Assembly (NCBI RefSeq): GCF_037042905.1 | Contig: NC_087250.1 | Coordinates: 3,970,001-4,034,000 of the forward strand | Reading direction: 5' to 3' | DNA length: 64,000 bases | From: Lytechinus pictus | Taxonomy: Eukaryota | Shown: positions 50,263 to 64,000 of the stretch, one piece after another | Layout: each line of letters opens with the position of its first letter | How positions within the stretch are numbered: position 1 is the first letter of the stretch | Notes under the pieces: generated by a model | Told to the model about the DNA's origin: nothing | What the model saw: only the letters and a program-made list of their open reading frames with translations | Databases searched by the model: none | Made by a program: the position numbers and the translations under genes

Positions 50263-53092
50263 CACACACCACTAACTGTTTCCCCATAGACTCATGTGTT
50301 AAAAATCGCCAAAAATAAGTCTTAGAAATGACATCATCCACACCTTTATCATTTGGGAATGTATCCAATATCCTTCAAACGCTAAAGATATGAAAAGGTG
50401 TTTTTCAATATTTTTTCGCGCTACAGGGGCTCAAACCAAGACTACGTGCAAACTTGGTTGCAGTCACAGTGCTCACTGGGTTTCTTGGGCAACTAATTAA
50501 GTTCCCATAAAACCAAGCATTGACAAATTACTGCTCTCCCATGGGATTGAACAGATCCAGTATTAATCCCTCTCTATGCCCATATGAAAAAAAAATGTTC
50601 AGATATGCACCGTTGATTTTATATGAATATTTTTCCAACCATTACGTCATTTTACGGGTACGGGTCTAGAGGGGATTCCCGAAATTGCCGGATCCTATTA
50701 TATAGTGGTGTGCGCCCTACATGGAATTTCCTCCTACGATATTTGCTCCCGTCTCGCAGAGGGCATGTGGGTTTAGAGTTAGGATTGCAATAGCGTTTTT
50801 GGTTCAGAATAAAGTATGGATTACTTGGGTTTATTTAGTTTTGGATGTTAGCTAGGTGTCACCTTTGGATTAACGTGTCGATATGGCGGAGAAGATAGTC
50901 ATGGAACCACAAGAATTTCAGGATAAAATACTTTCACTCTTCTCTTCCAGAAGGGATTCGGGACATTATAGACTCTATCTATATGTACACTGGTTGGGCT
51001 CTTGCCCCCCCCCCCCATAAATAACTAAACAAATAGATAAATAAATAAAAAATTTAATAAATAAATACAAAATAAAAAAAATACAACCGAGAAAAACAGG
51101 GGAAAAGGAGAGAGAGAAGGGTAAAATATTAATTTTTTTCAGAATATTATGTCAAGATCTATCAAAAAATCGATATTTCTTAATAAGAATGTCGAAATTT
51201 TCGCTCGCTTCGCTCGCACTTTTATATTATTTTTTTAAAATACATTTTACGTGATACGCCATATCTCATCCCTTCAAAAATTTTGGCTCATTACGCCACT
51301 GAACATGTATCCTGCTAAACTTTTCATCCTTTATACTCGTATTTTCCCTGCCCGTTTCTATCCCTTCTCCTTTTCTTTGCATTGTATTTTTCTTTATATC
51401 ATATCTGCAGGCGTATTAATTGCGCCACAGGCTTTCCTTACAGACACTTACGCCAACTTATACATTACATTCCTTATGACAAACTGATTTTCTTTGAATT
51501 TATGCTGACAAAAATAAAGAAATTACTTTTGTAAAATTGAAAAAATAAGTGTTATTATGAAATGAAAGAAGATTAAAATCATAACATGTCCAAGTTAGAA
51601 TCCTTCACAGCATGTGTTGAGACGATTGTAGGTCTGCATTGTTCGAAAAATCCGGCCACTAATACTCTTACCGCCCTTCCACACGGTAAAAAAAAATCGT
51701 TATTTGAATGATGATTCCAGTGAAAAATAAGGCTAATGACGAATATTTAGCACTTGTGAAACCAAACTAGAACATGATTAGAATCACGAACGCTAACCAT
51801 AGTCACGATTAAAATAGCAATCATCATTACAATGATGATTCAAGATTCACGTGTGAAAAGGCCCATAGACTGGTCAGTAAGTCATAATTACAGATAATTA
51901 GAGAGGATCAGGTGCCATGAGTAAAAATGCACTTCTGAATTGTGTTAAAGTTACTTCTGCAGCTGCGTTGACAGCGCTGATTTCACCAACAGTTAAATCA
52001 TCACAAATTAACTCATTGACTAACTGAAAATTTGTTTCCAGAAGGTTTTGTACAGGAAACCACCATGTTCCAGTATGCAATGGGTTAATGCATGTCATGT
52101 TACATTTTTATCGTACATTTTGGCTTTGATGTGAGAACATTGAGGGGTGTGGATGCGTGTATGTATGTGTGTGTGTGTGTGGGGGGGGGGGACCGGGGGT
52201 ACTAAAAACCGGGGCAGTCTATCCCTATTTCGTTTCTCAAATGGCTACCAATTACAACAGATGGCGCTATTAAAATAGGTTTGAAATAGCCAAATACTAT
52301 TAAGCGACTTTTTTAAAAGAGGATTTTCCCCCGAATGTTTTATTTTCCCTTATATGCACTTTTATTTCAATTGGAAATACATATAGGATATACTGTTGTT
52401 GTTTTTTATGGGATGCATTTGAACCCCATATGTGTAAGATAATTTTTGTTTCAATTATTTTCTTTACAAATCGAATTCGGTCTAAAGGTGCTTCGGCCCT
52501 TTTGGAAATACGCTCTCAATTTATATACACCCCATATATTCCCAGTCACATGTGATCTACTATTGAATTGAATTGAATTCATTTATTTTCTATTAAAAAT
52601 ATGCAAAATCAAGAATAAACAAACAAATATTATAAAGTATAAAAATGAGACATTAGACAAGTGACGTATCATACTTCAAAGAATCCAAATAGTTCGTCTG
52701 ATATATACATATTTGGAAAATTGATTGCCCGGGCGTCGATTAAACGTTGCACAAAATTTGGTGGAGCGGTTGTAAGCGTTTTACGAGCGGACACGGGATT
52801 GCTGGAACGGTGTCGGGCGTTCAAGCAGCGATTCATTGCGGTGATGCACTTTGGTTTGGCGTTCAACGCTTGCGTCACTGCTAGACCAACGCTAAAGCAA
52901 CAACAGCGTTGCACCACTAAGGCATGCCCATATGTTCAATTTGTTTCCCCCATTTTGTGCGCGGTGACGAGCGTTGTCGATATTCGGCCCCCTCTCCCTA
53001 CCGTTCAAGGAACGCTCCAACAAAGTTCGGGCGGTGTGACCGAGCCTTACTGGTCCAAAACTTAAGATGGCCCTCAAATCCTGAACTTGTAC

Positions 53093-53187
53093 CTTAATGA
53101 CGAAAGTTTCTACCACTTTATCCATCCAATCAGTGAAGTGTCCTAGAATGACGTCATCATCCAGCATCTTTTCGAACTCGTCGCATT
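53093..53187 (-). CDS. RFX4: RFX4-like exon
   Basis: Junctions atacag|AA and ATTAAG|gtacaa. 95 nt, phase 1 to 0. Encodes (E)CDEFEKMLDDDVILGHFTDWMDKVVETFVIK, versus recalled RFX4 [31 protein letters not shown]. Confidence 0.88.
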
Positions 53188-53344
53188 CTGTATAAAACAA
53201 GTATTTATCAGTTTCGTACAACACGCTCTGAATTTATATCATTATTTATAACTATGCAACATTTCTTTGTCTGGCATTTCTGTGGATACAAACGTTTTTT
53301 TCAAATAATATCATCTTCTCCTCCCACACCCACGCACTTCCACG

Positions 53345-56300
53345 CCCACACCTAACCTCACATACACGCACACCCGTAGGCATACAGACACACACACCCT
53401 CACACCTATCCTCACATACACGCACACCCGTAGGCATACACACACACACACACCCTCACTCCTATCCTCACATACACGCACACCCGTAGGCATACAAACA
53501 CACACACCCTCACACCTATCCTCACATACACGCACACCCGTAGGCATACAGACACACACACCCTCACACCTATCCTCGCATACACGCACACCCGTAGGCA
53601 TACAGACACACACACCCTCACACCTATCCTCACATACACGCACACCCGTAGGCATATAGACACACACACCCTCACACCTATCCTCACATACACGCACACC
53701 CGTAGGCATACAGACACACACACCCTCACTCCTATCCTCACATACACGCACACCCGTAGGCATACAGACACACACACCCTCACACCTATCCTCACATACA
53801 CGCACACACGTAGGCATACACACACACACACCCTCACTCCTATCCTCACATACACGCACACACGTAGGCATACAGACACACACACCCTCACACCTATCCT
53901 CACATACACGCACACACGTAGGCATACACACACACACACCCTCACTCCTATCCTCGCATACACGCACACCCGTAGGCATACAGACACACACACCCTCACA
54001 CCTATCCTCACATACACGCACACCCGTAGGCATATAGACACACACACCCTCACACCTATCCTCGCATACACGCACACCCGTAGGCATACAAACACACACA
54101 CACCCTCACACCTATCCTCACATACACGCACACCCGTAGGCATACAGACACACACACCCTCACACCTATCCTCGCATACACGCACACCCGTAGGCATACA
54201 GACACACACACACCCTCACACCTATCCTCACATACACGCACACCCGTAGGCATACAAACACACACACACCCTCACACCTATCCTCACATACACGCACACC
54301 CGTAGGCATACAAACACACACACACCCTCACACCTATCCTCACATACACGCACACCCGTAGGCATACAGACACACACACCCTCACACCTATCCTCACATA
54401 CACGCACACCCGTAGGCATACAGACACACACACCCTCACACCTATCCTCACATACACGCACACACGTAGGCATACACACACACACACCCTCACTCCTATC
54501 CTCACATACACGCACACACGTAGGCATACAGACACACACACCCTCACACCTATCCTCACATACACGCACACACGTAGGCATACACACACACACACCCTCA
54601 CTCCTATCCTCGCATACACGCACACCCGTAGGCATACAGACACACACACCCTCACACCTATCCTCACATACACGCACACCCGTAGGCATAGAGACACACA
54701 CACCCTCACACCTATCCTCGCATACACGCACACCCGTAGGCATACAGACACACACACCCTCACACCTATCCTCACATACACGCACACACGTAGGCATACA
54801 GACACACACACCCTCACTCCTATCCTCACATACACGCACACACGTAGGCATACACACACACACACCCTCACTCCTATCCTCACATACACGCACACCCGTA
54901 GGCATACACACACACACACCCTCACACCTATCCTCACATACACGCACACCCGTAGGCATACAGACACACACACACCCTCACACCTAACCTCACATACACG
55001 CACACCCGTAGGCATACAGACACACACACACCCTCACACCTATCCTCACATACACGCACACCCGTAGGCATACAAACACACACACACCCTCACACCTAAC
55101 CTCACATACACGCACACCCGTAGGCATACAAACACACACACACCCTCACACCTATCCTCACATACACGCACACCCGTAGGCATACAAACACACACACACC
55201 CTCACACCTATCCTCACATACACGCACACCCGTAGGCATACAAACACACACACACCCTCACACCTATCCTCACATACACGCACACCCGTAGGCATACAAA
55301 CACACACACACCCTCACACCTATCCTCACATACACGCACACCCGTAGGCATACAAACACACACACACCCTCACACCTATCCTCACATACACGCACACCCG
55401 TAGGCATACAAAAACACACACACCCTCACACCTATCCTCACATACACGCACACCCGTAGGCATACAAACACACACACACCCTCACACCTATCCTCACATA
55501 CACGCACACCCGTAGGCATACAAACACACACACACCCTCACACCTATCCTCACATACACGCACACCCGTAGGCATACAAACACACACACACCCTCACACC
55601 TATCCTCACATACACGCACACCCGTAGGCATACAAACACACACACACCCTCACACCTATCCTCACATACACGCACACCCGTAGGCATACAAACACACACA
55701 CACCCTCACACCTATCCTCACATACACGCACACCCGTAGGCATACAAACACACACACACCCTCACACCTATCCTCACATACACGCACACCCGTAGGCATA
55801 CAAACACACACACACCCTCACACCTATCCTCACATACACGCACACCCGTAGGCATACAAACACACACACACCCTCACACCTATCCTCACATACACGCACA
55901 CCCGTAGGCATACAAACACACACACACCCTCACACCTATCCTCACATACACGCACACCCGTAGGCATACAAACACACACACACCCTCACACCTATCCTCA
56001 CATACACGCACACCCGTAGGCATACAAACACACACACACCCTCACACCTATCCTCACATACACGCACACCCGTAGGCATACAAACACACACACACCCTCA
56101 CACCTATCCTCACATACACGCACACCCGTAGGCATACAAACACACACACACCCTCACACCTATCCTCACATACACGCACACCCGTAGGCATACAAACACA
56201 CACACACCCTCACACCTATCCTCACATACACGCACACCCGTAGGCATACAAACACACACACACCCTCACACCTATCCTCACATACACGCACACCCGTAGG

Positions 56301-57901
56301 CATACAAACACACACACACCCTCACACCTATCCTCACATACACGCACACCCGTAGGCATATAGACACACACACACCCTCACACCTATCCTCACATACACG
56401 CACACCCGTAGGCATACAGACACACACACACCCTCACACCTATCCTCACATACACGCACACCCGTAGGCATACAAACACACACACACCCTCACACCTATC
56501 CTCACATACACGCACACCCGTAGGCATACAGACACACACACCCTCACACCTATCCTCACATACACGCACACCCGTAGGCATACAGACACACACACCCTCA
56601 CACCTATCCTCACATACACGCACACCCGTAGGCATACAAACACACACACACCCTCACACCTATCCTCACATACACGCACACCCGTAGGCATACAAACACA
56701 CACACACCCTCACACCTATCCTCACATACACGCACACCCGTAGGCATACAAACACACACACACCCTCACACCTATCCTCACATACACGCACACCCGTAGG
56801 CATACAAACACACACACACCCTCACACCTAACCTCACATACACGCACACCCGTAGGCATACAAACACACACACACCCTCACACCTATCCTCACATACACG
56901 CACACCCGTAGGCATACAGACACACACACACCCTCACACCTATCCTCACATACACGCACACCCGTAGGCATACAAACACACACACACCCTCACACCTATC
57001 CTCACATACACGCACACCCGTAGGCATACAGACACACACACCCTCACACCTATCCTCACATACACGCACACCCGTAGGCATACAGACACACACACCCTCA
57101 CACCTATCCTCACATACACGCACACCCGTAGGCATACAAACACACACACACCCTCACACCTATCCTCACATACACGCACACCCGTAGGCATACAGACACA
57201 CACACACCCTCACACCTATCCTCACATACACGCACACCCGTAGGCATACAGACACACACACACCCTCACACCTATCCTCACATACACGCACACCCGTAGG
57301 CATACAAACACACACACACCCTCACACCTATCCTCACATACACGCACACCCGTAGGCATACAGACACACACACCCTCACACCTATCCTCACATACACGCA
57401 CACCCGTAGGCATACAGACACACACACCCTCACACCTATCCTCACATACACGCACACCCGTAGGCATACAAACACACACACACCCTCACACCTATCCTCA
57501 CATACACGCACACCCGTAGGCATACAAACACACACACACCCTCACACCTATCCTCACATACACGCACACCCGTAGGCATACAAACACACACACACCCTCA
57601 CACCTATCCTCACATACACGCACACCCGTAGGCATACAAACACACACACACCCTCACACCTATCCTCACATACACGCACACCCGTAGGCATACAAACACA
57701 CACACACCCTCACACCTATCCTCACATACACGCACACCCGTAGGCATACAAACACACACACACCCTCACACCTATCCTCACATACACGCACACCCGTAGG
57801 CATACAAACACACACACACCCTCACACCTATCCTCACATACACGCACACCCGTAGGCATACAAAAACACACACCCTCACTCCTATCCTCGCATACACGCA
57901 C
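53345..57901. repeat. CA-rich minisatellite, 54/56-bp unit, roughly 80 copies
   Basis: Unit CACACCTATCCTCACATACACGCACACCCGTAGGCATACA(A/G)ACACACACA(CA)CCCT. Confidence 0.98.
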
Positions 57902-60900
57902 TTTTTTTTTTTTTTTTCAATATGTTTTTATTAAGGATTTCATTCAAATGAATTACATAAACTGCAGATAAATACAAAAAAAATACAAATCTTCATTTCA
58001 TATCAACAAGGATATGCAAAAAAAGTACATATATATTTACCAAGAACTGAAGCAAATAAGGACGGAATGAAACTCCTTAAAACTATACTTTTATATCTGA
58101 AAAAAAAATAATAACTCAACTGAGTCCCCAACCCTCTATGTATTTCAATAATAATTAATGTTAAATGGCTATACAAATGATTTGCAGGAAAACAGAAATC
58201 AACCTAAATGTATTATCATTGCATCCCATTTTGAATCAAGCTTCAACATAACTTTACATGATTATACACACACCCACCTTAACACCCTTACACACATGCA
58301 CATACCACGCATACGTAAACAAACATAATATATACAAATCTGCATAATGAACGTTTAACATTTTGGCGCAATAGGATACAGAAAGAAAAAAACCCTGCAA
58401 ATCATATTGATACAAGAGAAGGGGAAATTGAAAAGAACTAGTAAAAAGAAAAAAAAAACATCAACATTCACACAAGGATTCACACTCGCACCACACTAGA
58501 CACATCCCACCTGTTCACATTCAAATCCCTTTTCACCTTCAGTTCATCCCATTTCTGCAAATGTAAACTTAACTTGCCTGACTTCGTTGCCAGGCCTCTT
58601 TCTTCTTCTATACAACCCGTTATATATTTGTGTATTTTAATAAATGACGGTACCCGGCCTTCAGCTCTGGAATTAAAAATTGCATATTTAATAAAAAGAA
58701 TAACAGAATTGACACATTTAATTCTACAAGAATTTCCAGGTAACCCTAAGAATATTTCCCTCCAATTCAAAGTTCTTAATTCAGCTAAACAAAAATGATC
58801 AATACAAAATTGCCAAAGAGGTTTAACTTTTATGCAATCCATGAGTATATGAAAGTACGATTCAGTTTTTGTACAACCAAACGAACAATAATTATCTCCC
58901 ACGAAACCAAATCTCATCAAATGTTCTTTTGTATATATTGCTCCATGTAAAAGCATAAACTGAAATTCCCTTTGTTTTCTTATAAGAGTTGTACTCCTGA
59001 TATATTCAAATAATTTACAAATTTCTACATCAGTAAAATCAAAATCACTGTGACCATCCTTAAGTGTTAACTTGTATAGCTCTTGTAGCTTAGTAATAAA
59101 CAAGTTATAAATTGTTTTTGATTTAATTACTTCAAAAGCTGTTTCCTGTTTTCCAATATTCATACTTATCCCAAAGTCTACCAAATCAATTTTTTTAAAC
59201 TTTATTAAACTATTAAAATTTTTCCAGCTTGCTGGTATAACGTGCACAATATCTATTATTTGGAGAAGTTGATTTGCGGTAATACCGAGATTTCGAAAAA
59301 AAGTCACAGGCTTCAAGTGGCCATTATCAAAGATTTGATCAACGCTAAATATTCCTTTATTAAAAAGATCATTGTCAAAAATTGTTTTACCTTTTATACA
59401 AATATGTTGATTATTGAATATAATAGGGTTAACCTCCTCTTCAGAATAACGAAATCTTCTTAAGTCTTGCCAAGCCTTCATCATTTCTGAATAAAATGGG
59501 GGCATTTTTATATTTAATTTTGAAGTGTCAAAGTCACATAGAAACAGAAATCTCCCCCCAACTGATCGAAAATAAAAATCAAAATACAACTTCCATCCTG
59601 CATCTCGTTCTCCGTAAAGTAATCGTTTAAGCCACATTAAACGTTGAGACTTTACAAACAACTTAAAATTCATCATTTTTAAACCCCCTTGTGAGTAATC
59701 CTGGTACATTATAATTCTCTTTATCCGATCTTTTCCGGACCATAAAAATTCAAGTGTGATCTTTTCAACCTCAGCATACAACCACTGAGGAACCACTATT
59801 AGTGACGAAACAAAGTTTAGCCTTGACAATGCATATGTTTTTAACAAGTGAATTTTCCCCATAAGTGTGAGATCCCTTTGTTTCCACCATCCCAACAGTC
59901 TTTTTATTTTACTAAGTATTTCTTTGTAATTCATGTCTTCTTTTATTATAACATTAAGAGAAAAGTAAACACCTAAAATTTTAATATGCTGCACAAAATT
60001 CCCAAACAACTGTGTCTGAGGTCTGTCATTATCCCGACCCATCCACAAAATATTAGTTTTTCCTTTGTTTATTTTTAGACCACTAATTTTCTCGAATTCT
60101 TCAAAAAGGTATTGAAGACGATCTAAAGAGTGTGTATTTTTAACAAACAATGATATATCATCAGAATACAAAATTTGCTTTATTTCACGGTTCTGAAATT
60201 GAATTCCTTCAACCTGTCTGTCTTTCCTTATTGCCAGAGCAAGTATTTCAATACAGAGCAGAAACAAATATGGGGAGAGGGGATCCCCCTGTCTTACCCC
60301 TCGCTTTATATCAAAATAACCGGAAGAAAACCCCCCATTCATAACACTACTAGTAATATCCGAGTATAAAACACGGACCCACGAACAGAATGAGTGCCCA
60401 AATCCAAATAGTTTAAGGATCTTAAAAAGAAAATCATGTGAAACAGAATCAAAGGCCTTTTCAAAATCAACAGTGATTAAATATCCAATATTTTTTTAAA
60501 TTAGATTGATATAACATATCATCTATTAATCTTACACCATCCCCAATGTTTCTATCTTTTACATAGCCAACTTGATCATTGTGAATTATCTCATTTAGTA
60601 TACCTTTTAATCTTTTTGCTAAAACCTTTGACAATATTTTGTAATCCACATTTAAAAGTGTAATTGGTCTAAAATTTTGGATATATAATGGATCTTTATC
60701 TTTTTTTTCCAATAACGTTATCACACCTTGCTTTTGTGAGGTTGTCAGTTTTCCCCTTTCATATGTTTCATTTAAAACATCTACCAAAAGTCCCCCTAAT
60801 AAATTCCAAAAAGTATAATAAAACTCTACCGTAAAACCATCGTTACCAGGGGATTTATTATATTTCATTTCTTTTAAAACATTTAAACATTCATGAATAC

Positions 60901-61168
60901 TTATTCTACCTTCACATATATTACAACTTTCTTTACTTAATTGAGGAATATCCTTAAGGAACAAAGAATTTTCATTAACAATAGCTTCACTCAATGAGTA
61001 TAAGTTTTCATAATACGTTCCAATCTTCTTCAATATTTCCTTTCTATCCTTAATGATGTGATCATCGTCATCATATAATTCTTTTATCACACTTTTCCGT
61101 TTATTAGACTTCAATAACTGTTCAAAATATTGTGTTTTTTGTTCTCCTTCCTCAAACCAAACTGCCCT
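57902..61168 (-). mobile_element. 5'-truncated L1/Tx1-clade non-LTR retrotransposon (ORF2 RT and C-terminal zinc knuckle, one frameshift, poly-A tail)
   Basis: RAVWFEEGEQKTQYF, KSPGNDG, RPITLLNVDYKILSK, DFEKAFDSV, RGVRQGDPLSP, YSDD, CSFGC..ES..H....C. T16 at 57902-57917 and AATAAA on minus at 57927-57932. No endonuclease domain or ORF1. Confidence 0.95.
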
Positions 61169-61345
61169 TAGGCATACGCACACCCGTAGGCATACATACA
61201 CACACACCCTCACTCCTATCCTCGCATACACGCACACCCGTACATGTATAGGCATACACACACACACACACACACTCACTCACTTTCCCACACCTATAAT
61301 CGCATACACGCACACCCGTATAGGCATACACACACCCTCTCATCC
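61169..61345. repeat. Residual and degenerate minisatellite units on the far side of the LINE
   Basis: CGCACACCCGTAGGCATAC...CCCTCACTCCTATCCTCGCATACACGCACACCCGTA. Confidence 0.9.
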
Positions 61346-61485
61346 CCCCACACCCCTACTAATCAGTCTAGAATAAAATGTAGGCAGCTATAATCCGTGT
61401 TAAGTGTTGATGTCGAATTTGATTTTAAATTAAGGGGTGGCAGGGGTCGTCATTCTATTATACATATTTTAAAATGTGAACTTAA

Positions 61486-62076
61486 AGGTCAAGTCCACCC
61501 CATGAAAATGCTGACTTGAATAAATAGAGAAAAATTCAACTAGCATAGTGCTGAAAATTTCATCAAAATCGGATGCAAAATAAGAAAGTTATGACATATT
61601 AAAGTTTCGCTTATTCTTCACAAAACAGTGATATGCACAACTAGGTGAGGCAGTCGATGAGGTCCATCACTCACTATTTTTTTTGTTTTTTATTGTTTGA
61701 ATTATACAATATTTCATTTTTTATAGATTTGACATTAAGGACAAACTTGACTGAACTATATAGTATTAAACAATGCTAATTCCACATGTTCAGGGATGAA
61801 TTAATTGTTGTATCACTTGACAATGAGGAGAAACTTAGAATATTTCATATTTTATATAATAAAACACAAAATAAATAGTGAGTGGATGACGTCATAGTCT
61901 TCTCATTTGCATACCAGCCAGGATGTGCATATAATTGTTCTCTGAAATTAAGCGGAAGTTTAAAATGTCATAACTTTCTTATTTTACATCCGATTTTGAT
62001 GAAATGTACAGTGTAATGCTTGTTGGATTTTTCTCTTTTTATTCAAATCAACTTTTTGTTGGAGTGGACTTGTCCT
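61486..62076. mobile_element. MITE with TTAA TSD, same family as 13104-13683
   Basis: ttaa|AGGTCAAGTCCAC...GTGGACTTGTCCT|ttaa. Confidence 0.9.
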
Positions 62077-62704
62077 TTAAATGTAATTTATACATGATGA
62101 TAAAATAACAATGTAGGCCTATGTGTTATCAAATAGTATGCTTGGTCTTTCTTAAAACACTACACTGACACACACACACTTATTCATTCAAACACCATAC
62201 AACACACGTACCCTTACACCTACACATCCTCACCCTCACACACACTACCCTGGTTGTACACACACTCACAAACGCGCGTGCACAGAATTTAGAGAATTTA
62301 TAGTTCTGAAAACCCATTCTGATCATTCTGATTGCTCGACGGTAAGAAAGTTTGAACGCTCTACTGGGAACACACATTTCTTTCCTAAAAGCCATATAAA
62401 ACAGATGAGATTTTAATCGTATTCCTATTCTAGCAATTTAGAAAATTAGAAACCTTATTCAACCAGAATACAATGCTGATCAACATCACAGTCAATTTTT
62501 AGAAAACACACAAGAAACATATCCACAATTCAGATCCAATGCTACCTTCTTAAAAAAAAATCCTGAAATCATTTGACTAATTTATTCATTACTTAGTAAG
62601 GACCAGTTACGGTAGTCAACGTAGCACAGTTCTAAAAGAAAGTGCCTTTTCTCCCATTAACTCCTGTTATTTTCAAGGAATAAGTAAAACATGGATTTAC
62701 GTAC

Positions 62705-62852
62705 CATTCAGGATTAAATTGTACAAGCATCTTGTTTCCTTTGCACACAGCACTGAAACAGTTTGCCTGCTAATGCTGTCTAGATCTAGCAATGACCAAT
62801 CATCGCTCATCTGGAGTATGACGTCACTTGACTGTATCACCGTTTTCGCTGC
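62705..62852 (-). CDS. RFX4: RFX4-like exon (most 5' exon found in this window)
   Basis: Junctions ttgcag|GCA and AATG|gtacgt. 148 nt, phase 0 to 1. Encodes AAKTVIQSSDVILQMSDDWSLLDLDSISRQTVSVLCAKETRCLYNLILN, versus recalled RFX4 [31 protein letters not shown]. Confidence 0.9.
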
Positions 62853-63049
62853 CTGCAAACCATATAATGATAATAATGATATAAAAATATATATTATTAA
62901 GAATATATACTAAAAATACAATGATGATAGATATGCAGAATTGATGATAATAATGATTTGTAATTGTTTGTAAATTTGATCTTTTAGTGAAATATTTTAA
63001 CACATAAACATGCAAAATAATTATAACTATAGTTAAAACAATAAGGTTC

Positions 63050-63150
63050 TGATAATAATCAAAATGACAGTAATAATAGTAAGAACAATAATAATAATAT
63101 TAATATTAATAATGATAATAATAATAATAATGATAATAATAACAATCCAA
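63050..63150. repeat. Imperfect (AAT)n microsatellite
   Basis: ATAATAATA runs. Confidence 0.75.
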
Positions 63151-64000
63151 TAGTTGTGAAGGAAACATTTCTCAAAGAGAATTAGAAGAAAACAGAAAAC
63201 AAACCCATTGACTGTTGTTAGGCTAATAACACAAATGCTTCCCATGATTCTGAACAAATGTAAAAGCATTTTTGCATCAAAAAGAAGCAACCAAAAAACA
63301 TAAATATGTACCAAATACCTGAGCTAGATGATTCAAAGTCATTTGCTTTTCCAAAAGGAAACTGAATCGAGCAGCTTCTGCATTAAACAAAAATAGTAAT
63401 AAAACAAGATATAGCTACATATCAATTTACCATTATTTTGTACCATAACTCTTTCGTCGATAATAAAATTAGAGAGAAGGCGGAAGAAAAGGGGAGGGAA
63501 TAGGCTGAGTGGTGGTAACCGGGAAGGAGGAACGTGAACATAATACAAATATTCTTCGTTTTATTGGTTGTATGTGGGTTTATTGAGCACCTAAAAAAAC
63601 ACTTAATCTCTCTAAGTAAGTCTATTGATCCAATGCTTGATCTGAAACAAAGAAAGAAATGGATATTGAAAAGTCGTAACACCTCTGACGAACAACAACG
63701 GAAAGAGAAAGAGCGAGAGGGGGAGAGGGGCGGGAGAGGAGGGGGGGGGGGCAAGAACACCTATAGTATCCGGTAATTCTCAAAGATAAAATATTGAAAG
63801 GGGTCATGAATTGTATTATACTGATTAACAGATCTGTTACCCATATTTTGCTTTTATATTTTACGAAAAAACATATTTTGCCCCCCCCCCCTGTCCTTCA
63901 AAAAACGCGCGCCCAGACCCCCATCTCCAATTTTTGCTAATCCTTCTCACATCATGGCCTTTATCTCCCATGCCCTCATCCAGGGGCGGATCTAGGATTT

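Noticed and set aside
51898..52098. Possible extra RFX exon (66-aa minus-strand ORF)
   Set aside because: It shows no RFX similarity, and the flanking exons already join in phase with continuous homology.
52661..53065. GC-rich 134-aa ORF on +
   Set aside because: It has no recognisable domain or splice support and lies in an RFX intron on the opposite strand. It is probably repeat-derived.
53252..57535. Cys/Val-rich repetitive ORFs ([18 protein letters not shown])
   Set aside because: They are translations of the 54-bp minisatellite unit and shift frame at every 56-bp unit. The region is intronic.
60488..60502. Programmed ribosomal frameshift at T TTA AAA in the LINE
   Set aside because: The heptamer looks like a -1 slippery site, but restoring the frame needs +1. 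It also falls mid-RT in a 5'-truncated copy, so an indel is the simpler explanation.

Overview
This is eukaryotic genomic DNA: AT-rich, intron-rich and full of SINEs and MITEs. The repeat landscape suggests an echinoderm such as a sea urchin, but that is an inference and not verified. Three spliced genes can be rebuilt by hand, each with phase-compatible GT-AG junctions. (1) The 3' end of a synaptojanin gene on + (4 exons, 889-10906). (2) A complete FBXO30/FBXO40-family F-box coding sequence on + (7 exons, 27682-34303, about 824 aa). (3) The 3' part of a divergent RFX4-like transcription factor on - (5 exons, 62852-44862), mostly missed by the ORF track. One 9.5-kb RFX intron holds a ~4.6-kb 54/56-bp CA-rich minisatellite with a 5'-truncated L1/Tx1-type LINE inserted at its edge. 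The most notable pattern is that all three genes carry local duplicates of their own exon edges. Synaptojanin has six tandem splice acceptors plus three exon/donor copies embedded in a GAT microsatellite. RFX has a duplicated acceptor and exon start. The F-box gene has tandem copies of its stop-codon region. Two of these duplicates differ from the real exon mostly at synonymous sites. No prokaryotic system, CRISPR array or real tRNA/rRNA gene is supported. All family assignments come from recalled motifs, not database searches.
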